DNA from: Ptychomitrium polyphyllum
Taxonomy: Eukaryota
Direction: 5' to 3'
DNA: 64,000 bases
NCBI GenBank assembly: GCA_973851085.1
Contig: OZ316775.1
Location: 3,968,001-4,032,000, forward strand
Shown here: piece by piece, positions 52,009-64,000 of the stretch
How positions within the stretch are numbered: the stretch's first letter is position 1
How the letters are laid out: each line of letters starts with the position of its first letter
Notes under the pieces: generated by a model
What the model saw: only the letters and a program-made list of their open reading frames with translations
Databases searched by the model: none
Told to the model about the DNA's origin: nothing
Translations under genes and position numbers: made by a program

Positions 52009-55000
52009 ACCATTTTTCTTTAGCCCCTCAATGCAAACATAACACCATGTTCTTTGTAATGGAAAATTTTGAAATCCCAAAAAAATCTTTGGAATGATGT
52101 AGATATAAAAGGGGTTAAATTTTTGAAAGATGATTGTCATGTTTTTGAGGTGATATCTATAAGCCATAGTAGCCTAAAACCATTGGATTTACAAATGAGA
52201 TATGCAATTCAGCTTGGATTAAGCTCAATTTTTTAATCTAAATAGGTTATTAATGTAGTCCTAAAATTATTGTTTTATCCCATTATAATGAATATGATAT
52301 TATGTGATCAAAGTCTAGGCAATCAAGTTTTTTCTTATATCCTCTTGTACTATTTTCCTTGTAATCTTAATAATCTTGAAAATTCAAGGTTGAGATTGTA
52401 AAGCAAATTCATAAATTAAAACAAAGAAAACCACATTGATTTTTTTAAATGGATTTTCAAAGTTTGAGAAGGGTATAGCAAATAATCTTTGACATTTACT
52501 AGAAACAATATGAATTACATATTTACTTCTACTTTTAATGTATCGTAAACAAAAAACTTAATATATAAAACCAGTTAGGAAATAATGAGATATAATGACT
52601 CATATGAAATTGCAAAAATGAATTCTTTGGAACAAGTAAATGTTGTTTCTAAGTAATGTCCTAATTGTAATTAATTGGAACCTATCATTATTTTGTATTA
52701 ACACAGTTTCTTAAATAACCTATTATCTCGTGTATATATCTGTTTATATGTCTAGTTCTTTTTACATGGATAAATTTTATCACATATTCATTTAAGGTCT
52801 TCATTTAATTTTGAAAAAACACTAAAATATTTTTATCATAAATTCAAATCAAAGTAATGTAATCTACAAAGGAGTATAGAAAATATCAAAGTTGAAGGTT
52901 AAATTTAGACTAAAACAATTAATTTTCAATAAAAATTATCAAATGAAATTTTGCATCTTAAATTTTGAAATAAGAAAATTATTTTATTATAAAACCAGTA
53001 TAAACCAAAAGTATTTTAAAAATAACACCAGTACTAAAACCTTTCAATATTCTATAACCAAGTAATGAATGATTTATAAGAAAAAATTTGTTATAAACGT
53101 TTGAAAAAATTTATTAAAATATATTATATATTTAGGTTGAATAAATTGGTATTTTTGATACAAAATGAATGTTTTTGAAATGAAATTAACTAAATGTATT
53201 ACAATAAAAAAGAAACTTTGGCATAAAATGAATGCCTTTATAATTGGAAGATATTGATTTAAAAGTGTAATTTAGGAAAAATTATTACATTTAAGTTGTA
53301 TGAACTTTTAAATGTTTTAAGGACTTTAATGCTTCTAAACTTTTGAAATTATTTAGAGATGTCTATGGCCTTAAGAAAAATAAATAAAATATAAATTTAT
53401 GTTAACATATAAGTATGCCAATACATGTTATGAAGATCAATCAAAAAAAAAATTTGAAAGAAACTTTTTACTAAGTTTAAAATTATTTAAGATATTTTGT
53501 ACCGCCATTTTCATGAAAATATGCTTTCATGCCAATGTAACAATATATTTAACTTTTAAACATCAACATCATTCGGTTAATGGTTGCTATGTCTACAATT
53601 TGAAGCTGCCATTCCATTGGCATGGATGCATCACTTAAAAAAATTAATAGCTAAAAATTTCCAAAAAGTCTAAATTTAATGAAAACCATTTTAATTTGAT
53701 AAAATGTTTATTTTGAATTTCCAAAAGAAATCTTATGGAGAAAGTTTGAGTGACTGGATATAAAAAAGTAACAATCATAATAGAAAGTTATATAAACTTG
53801 TTGATGGTTGAAAATAAAATTTATTTATGTTTCTTTTTTAATAATTAAATAATACCATAAGTTGATAACTACATTTAAAGTTGTTTTGTAACAAAAAACA
53901 TAAACAAAAGAATAGAAAGGAATATGAATACACTTTTTATTTGATAGAAAATCTAACATGGAAGGCCAAAGTATTAAAAAAATAATAAAAGTACAGAAAG
54001 AATTACAAAATAAATAAAAAATTAATACAAGAAGTATACTTGGTATACAAAATTGTCATAGAATGCATTTTAAACTTTAGAAATAATTATAGGACTTTTT
54101 TAAAACTAAATTGTTTGCTATTGTAAAAGAAATACAACTAAAAAAGAAAAATCAATCAAAGGAAGAAAATAATGATATATGTTTAATGAAATAGAAGCAT
54201 ATTAATAAGCAATAAAGGAAATGGTTTGAAGGAAAGTACATCTGAATAAAGGGAATATATAAAAAATATAAAATATTTCAAGAGCTTATCATCAATTATG
54301 TAATTTAAAATTAATTTGTGAGTTTTCATTACTTAATACCATAAGAAATCTGATAGTAAAAGACAATTATATGTATTTGAATTTAATTTCTTTTGATATT
54401 ATTTTTAATCATTATTTATATTTTCATTTTCTATTATTCATATTAATGTGTTTAAAATAAAATAGATGCAAATTTTATCTCAAAATAAAATTTATGAAAT
54501 ATTTTTGTTTTCTTTCATTAATTTTGAAGTAGTATCTTCTAAAATATCAATAAAATTTCAATCCAATATATGAATATTATATCAAGAAGTAGCTTATTTG
54601 GTAATATGTCATAGATAATTAATAAATGTAAGAAAAATCTTGGTGTTATCATCATTTAATTATATTGCGATTTATAAAAAATAATATAATAAATATTAAA
54701 TGTTTATATAATATGATATTTGTTTTGAAATAAAGGTTTTATCTTGTAGGTGCATTGTTTATTCCAACTTGGATTCATATACAATTATAATCCATTCTAA
54801 AAAAATCTTATAACCAGAGTTATAGAAATTTGAATATAGCTCAATTTAATTCAACTAATAAGACATTCAAATATATTTAATTCCTAATTTTCAAATTTCA
54901 TTAATATTTCAATTGTCATATCTTACATATAATATCTAAATACTATTTTTAACACCTACATCAATAATGTGTAAATTATATAAAATCTGTTCAAAAATTT

Positions 55001-56615
55001 GTTAATAATATATTTTAATATGTTCACATTAATTTATAAGAAAAACTAACAATATATAGTACATTTTTTCAAATAAAATTTAAAAATATAATTATTATAA
55101 AAGACATAACTACAAATACAATCTATAAGGTACATTTATTAAAAGAAAATAACTCAGACCATACAATTTAATAAATTTAGTCATAAATTTCACTAGAGAT
55201 TTGAAGGCAATAATATTTTGCTTCTTTTCAATTCAAAAAGATAATTTCTATGAGGAAATATTTCAATTGAGATAATAATAGAGACAAGATAAAGAATAAG
55301 GATAGATATTATACAAAAAGTATTATTTCATATTAAAAGAAAACATATAAAAATTATTAGAAATGTCAAATCTTAATGTGCGTCATACTTAAATATTGAT
55401 GTCTATAAAAAATTTCATGGCACTTTGGAAGGTATATTTGAATAATAGTATAAATTTCAAGTCTTTCATTTCACTACAAAAAAATAATGAAAAATGAGTA
55501 GAATATTTTAGTTTACAAAAGTGTATTTTACTTTACTTTTGAGTCAATACATATTGTTTATTTTGTATGTTCAGTGAGTACTTTTGAACAAAAATTATTG
55601 AATTTACATGCAAAAAGGACCAGAATTGAGTTTCACTTTGCATTTGGTCTATTAGTCTTTGTAACTCATTCTGTACAACTCAAATATTAGTCTCTGTATC
55701 TCATATTGTACGACTTGAATATAGATTTCATAAAAAACTTGTAGTCCTACAATTTCTTTTTGTTTATTGTAGCACTCGAATATACTTCATTGAATCATGG
55801 AATATATTTATTTATGAGAAATGATGCAAAAGGCGTAACAAGCCTGGATTGACAAATAAATAATGTATGGACTATGCAAATATCGTGGACTGTGACAAAT
55901 TATGCTAGATTATGAATACAGTCACAAATTGCAAGTTTCATAATCCTGGTGTGGACTGCTAAGCTTGGATCCTACGAGTTTCATAACGTCAATGCAGCTG
56001 ATTTAAAAGAGAGGCTATTTTTGATAACCCCTGCTTGGTTTGATGCACTTCCTACAAAAAGGGACGCAAGGAACAATTTCAGACTCTTGGGGACCAACTT
56101 GAAGATCAAGGCAATCGGTATCTTACCAGATGTGACAACCATCGAAGGCAAACAATTACCCTTCGTCTCCCGTAAACACACGCTACGAGAGATTGCAAGT
56201 AAGTTCAGTTACAAAGCAACCCCCGTCTCTTCCAAAACTCCACGAAAATAAGCATCCACCTCGTCCCAACCAAGCGAGTTTCATCAAAAACGTTACCATA
56301 TGCTGCAGGAAAGCTCAACATGATCAAACTCACCAAAGCCGCTTAATGCTGAAAAGGAATTCATCCAGCTATTCACAAAATACCCTTGCAGACATCAAAC
56401 GATGTCACCACAGCAGCGAGGCTTCTCGTGCCTGCACATACCAAGCAGACCTGCGCCATAATCACTCTGAACTCTAGCCCTAAACCCTAAGTTTACTTTC
56501 CAGTCAAACAAACCCCTAAAGTCTATCCAAAAGCTCCATGCATCATAGGGTTTCAATCCCGGGGTCTTCAGAGAGCTCCCAATCACTAAACGAGCCCCAC
56601 CCACTTCAATTATTT

Positions 56616-56912
56616 TCATCGCTTGGCTTGCGATGACTTGGTGCCCTTTTTCCCCGCAGCTTGCTGCCTCGCGATCACTCGTTGGCTGGGCTTGTCAGCG
56701 CACATTGGATCCAGCCAGGTGAACTTGTGGTGATTGAAGAAGGGCCAGTTGGGAACAGCCACCAGGAACGTCACCACCACTCCCGCAAGATAGATGTAGA
56801 GCATGGTGCTGTAGGACGATGTGAAGTAGCCCGTCAGGAACGCGACCAGCGCAGAGCCTAATAGAAAATACTGCATCAACTGCTCGGCTAATTTCTGCCC
56901 CTGCCAATCCAT
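56616..56912 (-). CDS. SPCS1: Microsomal signal peptidase complex subunit 1 (SPC12), 98 aa, intronless
   Basis: MDWQGQKLAEQ, two TM segments and the VPNWPFF...W signature. The start is taken at the conserved Met, not the upstream GTG of the ORF track. Confidence 0.95.
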   Translation of the reverse strand: MDWQGQKLAEQLMQYFLLGSALVAFLTGYFTSSYSTMLYIYLAGVVVTFLVAVPNWPFFNHHKFTWLDPMCADKPSQRVIARQQAAGKKGTKSSQAKR

Positions 56913-57166
56913 CGCCGCAGCCGCCTCCTTGCACACCCTCCCTGCTCCCAGAAAGCAATCTGAGCTCGAGGAGAGCTTGCCGATCGCCTGCAGCAGTGAG
57001 CGTGAGAAAAGCTGCACAAAATATAGAGCCTATCTCTTTGGGAAATCCTGAATTCCAGCGCAATTTTCAATGTTGTGTGGTCTAGAGAGTGAAATTATTA
57101 TACATTGTGCTACGAAATCTTCTATGTTTAAGATTATTCAGTTCCACATATCTTATAAGATTGTCT

Positions 57167-57239
57167 GGGGATGTAGCTCAGATGGTAGAGCGCTCGCTTA
57201 GCATGCGAGAGGTACGGGGATCGATACCCCGCATCTCCA
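57167..57239 (+). tRNA. trnA-AGC: tRNA-Ala (anticodon AGC)
   Basis: GGGGATGTAGCTCAGATGGTAGAGCGCTCGCTTAGCATGCGAGAGGTACGGGGATCGATACCCCGCATCTCCA folds as a cloverleaf with G3:U70. Confidence 0.98.
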
Positions 57240-57266
57240 AGATCCGTCTGGTTCATGAGAAGATTA

Positions 57267-57271
57267 TTTTT
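57267..57271 (+). terminator. Putative Pol III oligo-T terminator of tRNA-Ala
   Basis: First T5 run downstream of the tRNA. Confidence 0.55.
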
Positions 57272-57447
57272 CTATAAGACATTGTTGAGATTTCATTTCA
57301 AACATGTACATGAAAGACATGGTTCTTTAGAACCACGAATTCAATAAATGGCTTAGCAACCACACCATTACCTTTCTTTTAGAAAAAAATACTTCTAAAC
57401 TTATCATTTATGTTTATTAGACATAAATACCTGATATCAAGAAAAGA

Positions 57448-57662
57448 AACACTTCATTTATATCGGTCCTTTCTAAAAAGATGTGACTTTTTACTTTGAC
57501 CACAAGTATAAAAGAAAAAACACTTCATTTATATCGGTCCTTTCTAAAAAGATGTGACTTTTTACTTTGACCACAAGTATAAAAGAAAAAACACTTCATT
57601 TATATCGGTCCTTTCTAGAAAGATGTGACTTTTTACTTTGACCACAAGTATAAAAGAAAAAA
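57448..57662. repeat. Tandem repeat, 71-bp unit x3
   Basis: cacttcatttatatcggtcctttcta...gaccacaagtataaaagaaaaaa recurs at 57450, 57521 and 57592 with one substitution. Confidence 0.97.
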
Positions 57663-59052
57663 CCATAGAATTGTTTATTTTCTCTTACTAATTGCTTGAC
57701 ATTTCTCATTAAATTTTGTAATTAATATGATATTGGATTTTTTTTTATAACTTTTATATTGCAAATTTTAATAATACTTCAATATGTCATTGTAATAAGT
57801 CATGTATAATTATCATATACAATTTGGAAAAGATTTTAATTTTACAAACTACCTAATATTCCTACTTAACATACTCCGTTACCTCTATTTAAGATACTAG
57901 GTTAGGCAAATAAAACAACCTAAAATTGCCCAAGCTCTAAAACTGCTCCATGCAAGTTCTACCTTACTCCACTCATTCCGTCATTAACCATGATGTGCTC
58001 CAGTTGTAAGTGCTCCAGCCTCTACATGAACCTGCCAGTAAGCACAGGTACTGTATCAGAGAAACGTGGTGATTGCTCAAGTTAAACACGACCATTCACC
58101 TGCATCGTACCAGATACAGTATCTCAAACAATCTACCTGGCAGTTGAATTTGCAGCAACAGCCAACTGACCAGCTTGCATGCAAAGGCGTCATCCCCACG
58201 CGTGCCCTCTCGAATGCACGCCACCTCTAGCGTCATGAGTTCAAAACCCTCCTTCCACTATTCGGAACCCTGCATGCTGAAATCCGAAGATGGAACCGAC
58301 GGTGGACCAGCTCAATCATTGATTACACTCCCATCACGAAACGCATATCCTAAATCGTCACAAGACGCAAATCCGTCACTGGATTCAAAACCGTTAACTG
58401 ACTCAAAATCGATACTAAATTCAAAACCTGTTGTTAAATTCATCTACAATTTGAATAGATAAAATTTATAAAACTTGAATTACCGACTGTGAGTGTCGGT
58501 TTTAGAGTTATGACGGTTTCGGAAATGCATTCTTCAGTTTAGAAACCCGTCAAGGTACCTAATATGAACAACATCTACTTATTATCGGATTTCGATGGGT
58601 TTCATGTACAAATGGGGTACGAGTTGACGGTTTTAGGATTAATATTGGTTTTGAGGTATCGATCTCGCTGAAGGCTTGATGGAAGCGAGGGGAGAGGATG
58701 GATGCGAAGAGTTGGCGGATTTTGAGCATCTAGTGAGAATGCTCCGCATTTTGACAAGCAATGTAGAGTTAGTTGGAGAGGATCTAGACTAGTTCCGCAG
58801 GAAGGTTCTTCTTTCGAGCAACAATCTGCTGTTTGTTTTGAGAAAGGAGAAAATCTCTGCATTGCAATCCATGTCTAGGTCGATAAATCTTGTGGCGGAA
58901 TTTGAAGTTTAAGATTTCTTGAGATGTGAGTCATTCTTGAGGAGAACGCAGGGTGGACTGTTTGCAGGGAGGATTTAAGCGGAGGTTAAGGAGTGCGGAG
59001 GAGTTTGCACTGCAATCGAAGTGTTGGATGTTGTCGAATCGTGGCAGAGTTT

Positions 59053-59305
59053 GAAGCGTTTCTTGTCTCTGTTTGTGGATTGGTGGCGAGAAGGATGCAT
59101 ATTAAGATGTTTAGAGTGAGGATTTGAGAGGAGGTTAAGGAGAGGCTTGCGTTGAGGATGGTTAAAAAGGAACTGATACATCCTCCGCTTCGATTGAATG
59201 CAAAGTGTGGAAGAGCTTGAAGCGTTTCTCGACTCTGTGTGCGGTGTGGATTGGTTGTGACCAGGATGCAGGTTGAGATGTTTGGAGTGAGGATTTGAGA
59301 GGAGA
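59053..59305. repeat. Diverged direct duplication (~80 bp core, ~167 bp spacing)
   Basis: gaagcgtttct...tgtggattgg...aggatgca...agatgttt.gagtgaggatttgagaggag occurs at ~59053 and ~59220. Confidence 0.75.
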
Positions 59306-59381
59306 GGAGGTGGAGGAGATCTTGAGGAGTTGGATTTCTGTGCGTTGGATTGCGGAGTGAGTGAGGTTGCGATCTTCCTTG

Positions 59382-60500
59382 ATGTCGATGGAAGGAGATG
59401 GCGAGATTAGGAGGCAGCCGGCCATAGCGCTGCTAGGGTGTGGGGTGTTCGCGCGCGATGCTTATATTCCGGTTTTGAAGTCATTGGCTCCCATTGCGTC
59501 CCTGCGTTATGTGTGGTCTCGGTCGGAGTCCAAAGCGCTGCAGATGCTTGCGAAAGTGCAGCAATTTGCGCCCGATGTGGAGGCGGAATGGGGTGACCAT
59601 GGCTTGGACCTAATTCTTTCGTCGCCGCTCTTGCACTGCTGCGCTGTAGCGCTTCCCATCCTCACTCAGCCTGCGGTTGTGACTCGCGCTCTTCGGGCTG
59701 GGAAGCATGTCCTGCAGGAGAAGCCGGTGGCGGGATCCGTGGAGGTTGGCTTGAAGAGCTTGAGTTTCTACCATTCGCTTCCAGTTCCGGCTCCTATATG
59801 GATCGTTGCGGAGAATTACCGCTTCGAGCCGGCATTTCACGACGCTGCGGCTATGGTGAAGAGTTTAGGCACCATGACCTCCGTCACGGTCACAATCGAC
59901 GTGCCAATGACGAAGTCCAACAAGTACTTTGGATGTGAGTGGCGCAGAGACCCGGAGTTGAGAGGCGGCTTCATTCTCGACTGCGGTGTGCACTTTGTCG
60001 CGGGTTTGCGCGTCATGACGGGCTGTGACATCAAGCTCGTGACTGCCATAGCCACGCACCGGGACACCTCTGTTCCTGCGCCTGACACCCTAACGACGCT
60101 CATCAAGTTCGACAATGGCTGCTCAGGCACCATGGTGATTTCGTACGCCGCTTCCGTCAGCCTGGCGTGCTGGCGTGTGGCTTGTTCCAAGGGCACGGTA
60201 ACAGTAGAGCGAATGGCCGGCCAGGGTGGAAAATTTGGGTATCATCTGAGAATGCAACCGCGACTTGGCGATCCGACATTGCAGTTCTATCCATTCTCAG
60301 GATTAGAGGAAGAGTGGAAGTCCTTCATTGATGATGTGCAGAAAGCAATGAACCACACCAGCGAGGGCCCCATGGACATACGAGGCTCCCCTCGCGAGGC
60401 ATTGAAGGATCTCGCCATCGTCGAAGCGGCTCTCGCCTCTGGATTACACTCTGACGCTCCTATGAGCATGAAGCCACAGCTGATCCCGAATTTTGCTTGA
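59382..60500 (+). CDS. Gfo/Idh/MocA family NAD(P)-dependent oxidoreductase, intronless (~372 aa)
   Basis: IALLGCGVFA Rossmann motif, AGKHVLQEKP, VAENYRFEP, WR..GGFILDCGVHFVA. First ATG at 59382. Confidence 0.93.
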   Translation: MSMEGDGEIRRQPAIALLGCGVFARDAYIPVLKSLAPIASLRYVWSRSESKALQMLAKVQQFAPDVEAEWGDHGLDLILSSPLLHCCAVALPILTQPAVVTRALRAGKHVLQEKPVAGSVEVGLKSLSFYHSLPVPAPIWIVAENYRFEPAFHDAAAMVKSLGTMTSVTVTIDVPMTKSNKYFGCEWRRDPELRGGFILDCGVHFVAGLRVMTGCDIKLVTAIATHRDTSVPAPDTLTTLIKFDNGCSGTMVISYAASVSLACWRVACSKGTVTVERMAGQGGKFGYHLRMQPRLGDPTLQFYPFSGLEEEWKSFIDDVQKAMNHTSEGPMDIRGSPREALKDLAIVEAALASGLHSDAPMSMKPQLIPNFA

Positions 60501-61785
60501 GTCGGTTTCCTTCGTCATTTCTGCTATTTCCTGCGCCATTGGTTCCGTAGCTCCATAATTGTAGATATATTCTTTCTGTACATCTTCTTATAGAACCAGA
60601 TCTACGAATCCATCCGATGTTGTCATTTTATTGATTACCTCTTACATAGCTGGACAAGAAACAGCTAGATGACGAGAGGAGGAGCTTTACAGCAAAAGTT
60701 ATCTTGGCATTACTGACACGACTCTCAATGTGGCATTATTGTCACTTTGTGCTTGGAAAGTAGATACCGGTAAGGTGTCCAGCTCAAAAGCATGGGAGGG
60801 CTTAACGAGATGACGAGGAGTTTGCGTGATACGGTGAGCATGTAAACTACAGTAAATTTACAGATGTTGTAGGTAATGCTGTCGTAAATAAATTAACTGG
60901 AGTACGAAGAAAGATACTCCTAGCACCTGGTTTCGAAATGTTATCGATTTTTTACATTTGTGAACATGGTGGTGTAGTTGAATTGGGGTACACTCACCTC
61001 CTTACAGATTGTCGAAAGCAACGACGAGAGTTACTATTCTAACTCAAAGAAATGGGGACGAAATTTCAGCCCCGCAAGCTCGAAGTCTTAGACTGAAAAT
61101 TGTAGCTCATTACCGTAATTGTGAACATATTTCTGCTTGTTAACGGGCATATTTGACTTGCATTTTTTCACAAAGGGAGCTTTGCTGAAGGATGGAAAGA
61201 CTAAAGAATGTGTCTTGACCAGTTCAAATTCTCAAACCTCAATAGAGCTTGAATAATTAGTAGGCATGGTAATTTCGATATTCATAAGACTTGATTGGTA
61301 TTGTTTCTGTTGCTTCTGTTCTATCAGAAATATATGTACACTAATCTTGTAGTAGTGGTAGACATCGCACCTTAAGTGGAGCATTTTCCACTGCAGAGTC
61401 TTTGTATGATCGAATCAGCTGCCTATATTACAGGTGAGTAAACTATATAGGTAATTGCTCCCGCACCAGATACCAAAACCATGTTAATCTTTTTCAAAAC
61501 CAGGTCATTTGAAAGTCATGAGCATTAACTCGTGTTTATACCTGCAAAATAGCATCAGTCATTCTTGATGCCAGACTCTTCTGTACCACTATCTTCCTTG
61601 GATGTGATTCTGGCGGGCCAGACTTGGAGTATCCTGTAAATCTTGCACAGAAATTGATAAGAATGTGACCCACCATGGTGGAGGTGACATTCGACAGTAC
61701 CCGATTGCTGCAAATAAGAAAGCAAGCAAATAACAAGAAACGCACCTTCATCAACAATCGCTCTCAGAATCGACGAAGAGTTATT

Positions 61786-64000
61786 TTAAGAATCTGAAAC
61801 ATCCTTCAGATTCTGTGCATGTTTCTTCCCTTTGAAGTGCATCACAAGATTCCTCTTGCAGGTAGGATTGATGTTGCATATGCTGAACATGCCACAAGTT
61901 TGAACTTAATTCCTTTTAGGACGACTACTTAGTACTTGAATCATGATCAAAGGGGCGACAGAGAAACAGACGAAATGACAAAACACTGATAAACAGCAAC
62001 AATAGGTGAAGTAAACCTCTCTGCAACAAACCGAACATCTGACGTAAACTTCAAACTACCATTAAAGTGACAAAGGGTCTTCAACTGTGATTGCTTAATA
62101 GTGTTGTGCACATGTGTAGGATGAATTCAACATTCAACCTATAAACTTGGGATAGACATTGCGTTTGGCTTTCACTAACCTGCAATGAAGAAATGGGGTG
62201 GGACTATTGTCGTTACTGTCCGCAGCGTGCTCCGTTTTTTTAACATGTTTCCGACCGTGAAAATGGGAGCGCATATCAGCGTCAGAAATGCACTTGACGT
62301 TGCATACCCTGCAAAATTCAGTACACATATTAATCAATTCGGTTTCAACTTTAAATCTCACAGGACTGTCACTAGATCAACGGGTGTTATCTGGTTGTGG
62401 AATGCACACGAGATTAGAACTACCAAATGAAAGAAAATCGAATGAATGAAGACATGTCCTGGAATTTTAACGCCACTTCTTCATCGTGGACCGGTGCATT
62501 CACATTTTGAACCGATTTCAATTCTTGATTACCCGCAGGCATATGAAGGGACGACTGGTCTGCTCTCTGTGGGCTGCTTCGCTTCCATCGGGACTTCCTG
62601 AGTTTGTAAGTCCTTCTTCGTGTCCTTCACAGCTTTCGGAGATTTGACGTTGCATGTCCTGCACAACGCATTGCATTTATTCATCAGATCAAACTCCCAG
62701 ACCTAAATACGAAGAAACTCTTTGCTTGTTCGTTGTGCGTATTTCTCGTCGAAGTGGACACCAGAGTGAAATCGACCAAAATTGTATGTTAAAAAAGCTG
62801 TGGGATCTCTAAAATCAAAACATACAGTTCCCATTGTAGTTAAATTCGACCACTTAAATAGCAGTTTGATCAAGCTCTTACCCATCGGTATGCGGGTAAA
62901 ATATGACCGCTGGGATAGGATGGGTTTGTGCTGAAACCTTCGTATCCTCAATTGCTTCTTGCTTTCGAGCAGCGCCCTGATTCCATACATTCAAATCCTT
63001 GAGATATGTTCCTTTATATTGCCTTAGGGCAGTTCAATTCATCTCGACTTGCTCGTGACTCTTCCAAGTCTCTTAGTGCAACATTTTTCGACTTCTGGTA
63101 TGTCCCAACACATCATTCACATGAGTCAAGTGCTCAAGCTAGGAATTGAGAGAATCATCAAGGCTTCAATACAGTATAAGAGGTAAGTAGAACATGTTAT
63201 TCAATTACTTAAGTATAACTAACCTAAATCTTCATATAAAGTTCAAGTTCTCGAGAAATTTGCAACGCCAAGCAACACTAATTAGCACAGAGCAAATTAG
63301 CTTGCCTTCTTCTCCTGTATCACCGAGGGAAAATACGCATGCGTGTTTGCTTGTGATGTCACAGGAGGGGTAGAGATTACAGTCGTCTCGCGCAGCGCTG
63401 GGGGTCTATACCGATGCTGAAGATGCTGTACGCCTTGTACTGGATGCGCTTCGCTAGGGACTACTACACCTCCGGGCTTGTTACTCGCAATACCATGCTG
63501 AGGCGTCTGCTCTGAAAGTTCAAAACTTATCACCTCTGAGACATCTTTCTTGAATTAGTATCCAACAGTAATCACTTCTGCTTCTAACAGAGAAGCAACC
63601 GTATGAGAAGTTTGTTAGAAGACTAGGGTGAAGCGCCAAATTAGGGCGACGAACATACCGAAGCTGTGATCAGGTTCCCCAGGACCAACATACTCTCTCG
63701 CAGCAGCGACTATCCTGAGGGCGTCCCCTGGCAGAATACCTGCATCCTCGACCAGATCCTGCTTCATAGCCAGCTTGAGAACCTCGACCGTGTCGTAGTG
63801 CTTGTCGAGAAGCTTCACCAGGCACTCGCTCGCGCGTTCGATGTCAAAGCCCTCAATCCCCTTCAAGAACACCCAGACAGGATTCCGCATCTGCGTAGAA
63901 GTCGCCTTCTCAGGGAGCTTGGCCAACATGCCTTCGCACTTTCGTAGCTGAGCAGGGTCTGACATCACGAAATCCGCGTGATACTGTCGAAGTTTGGAGA
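61786..64000 (-). CDS. Partial multi-exon gene: SAM-like domain plus matrin/U1-type C2H2 zinc fingers; 5' end outside the window, possibly decaying
   Basis: Frame is open to the window edge. DLVEDAGILPGDALRI is SAM-like. Spliced fingers: CG|VCNVKCISDADMRSHFHGRKH and CS|ICNINPTCKRNLVMHFKGKKH. TAA at 61788-61786. Confidence 0.6.

Noticed and set aside
56478..56555. Telomere-like CCCTAAA motifs
   Set aside because: Only two or three dispersed units in a 3' region; not an interstitial telomeric array.
56913..57017. N-terminal extension of SPCS1 in the ORF track
   Set aside because: Starts at a non-ATG codon; the conserved family start is MDWQGQ at 56912.
57217..57225. T-loop GGATCGA instead of GGTTCGA in the tRNA
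   Set aside because: A54 is a known normal feature of some eukaryotic cytosolic tRNA-Ala; not evidence of a pseudogene.

Overview
Eukaryotic, intron-rich land-plant genomic DNA, most consistent with a moss (inferred from gene style and codon usage; not verified). It has one 100-N assembly gap and several very AT-rich intergenic blocks. Recognisable genes: a Sec14-nodulin PITP, a CASP-like protein, nucleolin, CstF77, a PTI1-like/RLCK kinase, signal peptidase subunit SPCS1, tRNA-Ala(AGC), an intronless Gfo/Idh/MocA oxidoreductase and a partial SAM-like plus matrin-type zinc-finger gene running off the right edge. The most notable unexplained element is a family I cannot assign: small, intronless, Cys-free, valine-rich secreted proteins with a predicted all-beta pattern. 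It has two intact copies (8207-8626, 49860-50183) and one tandem pseudogene with a co-duplicated promoter (10221-10600). Other observations are a GC-AG intron and a uORF/G-rich leader in CstF77, candidate intronic RNAs in nucleolin, a candidate solo LTR, foldback-like repeats and several tandem repeats. Exon structures were read by eye and no searches were run.
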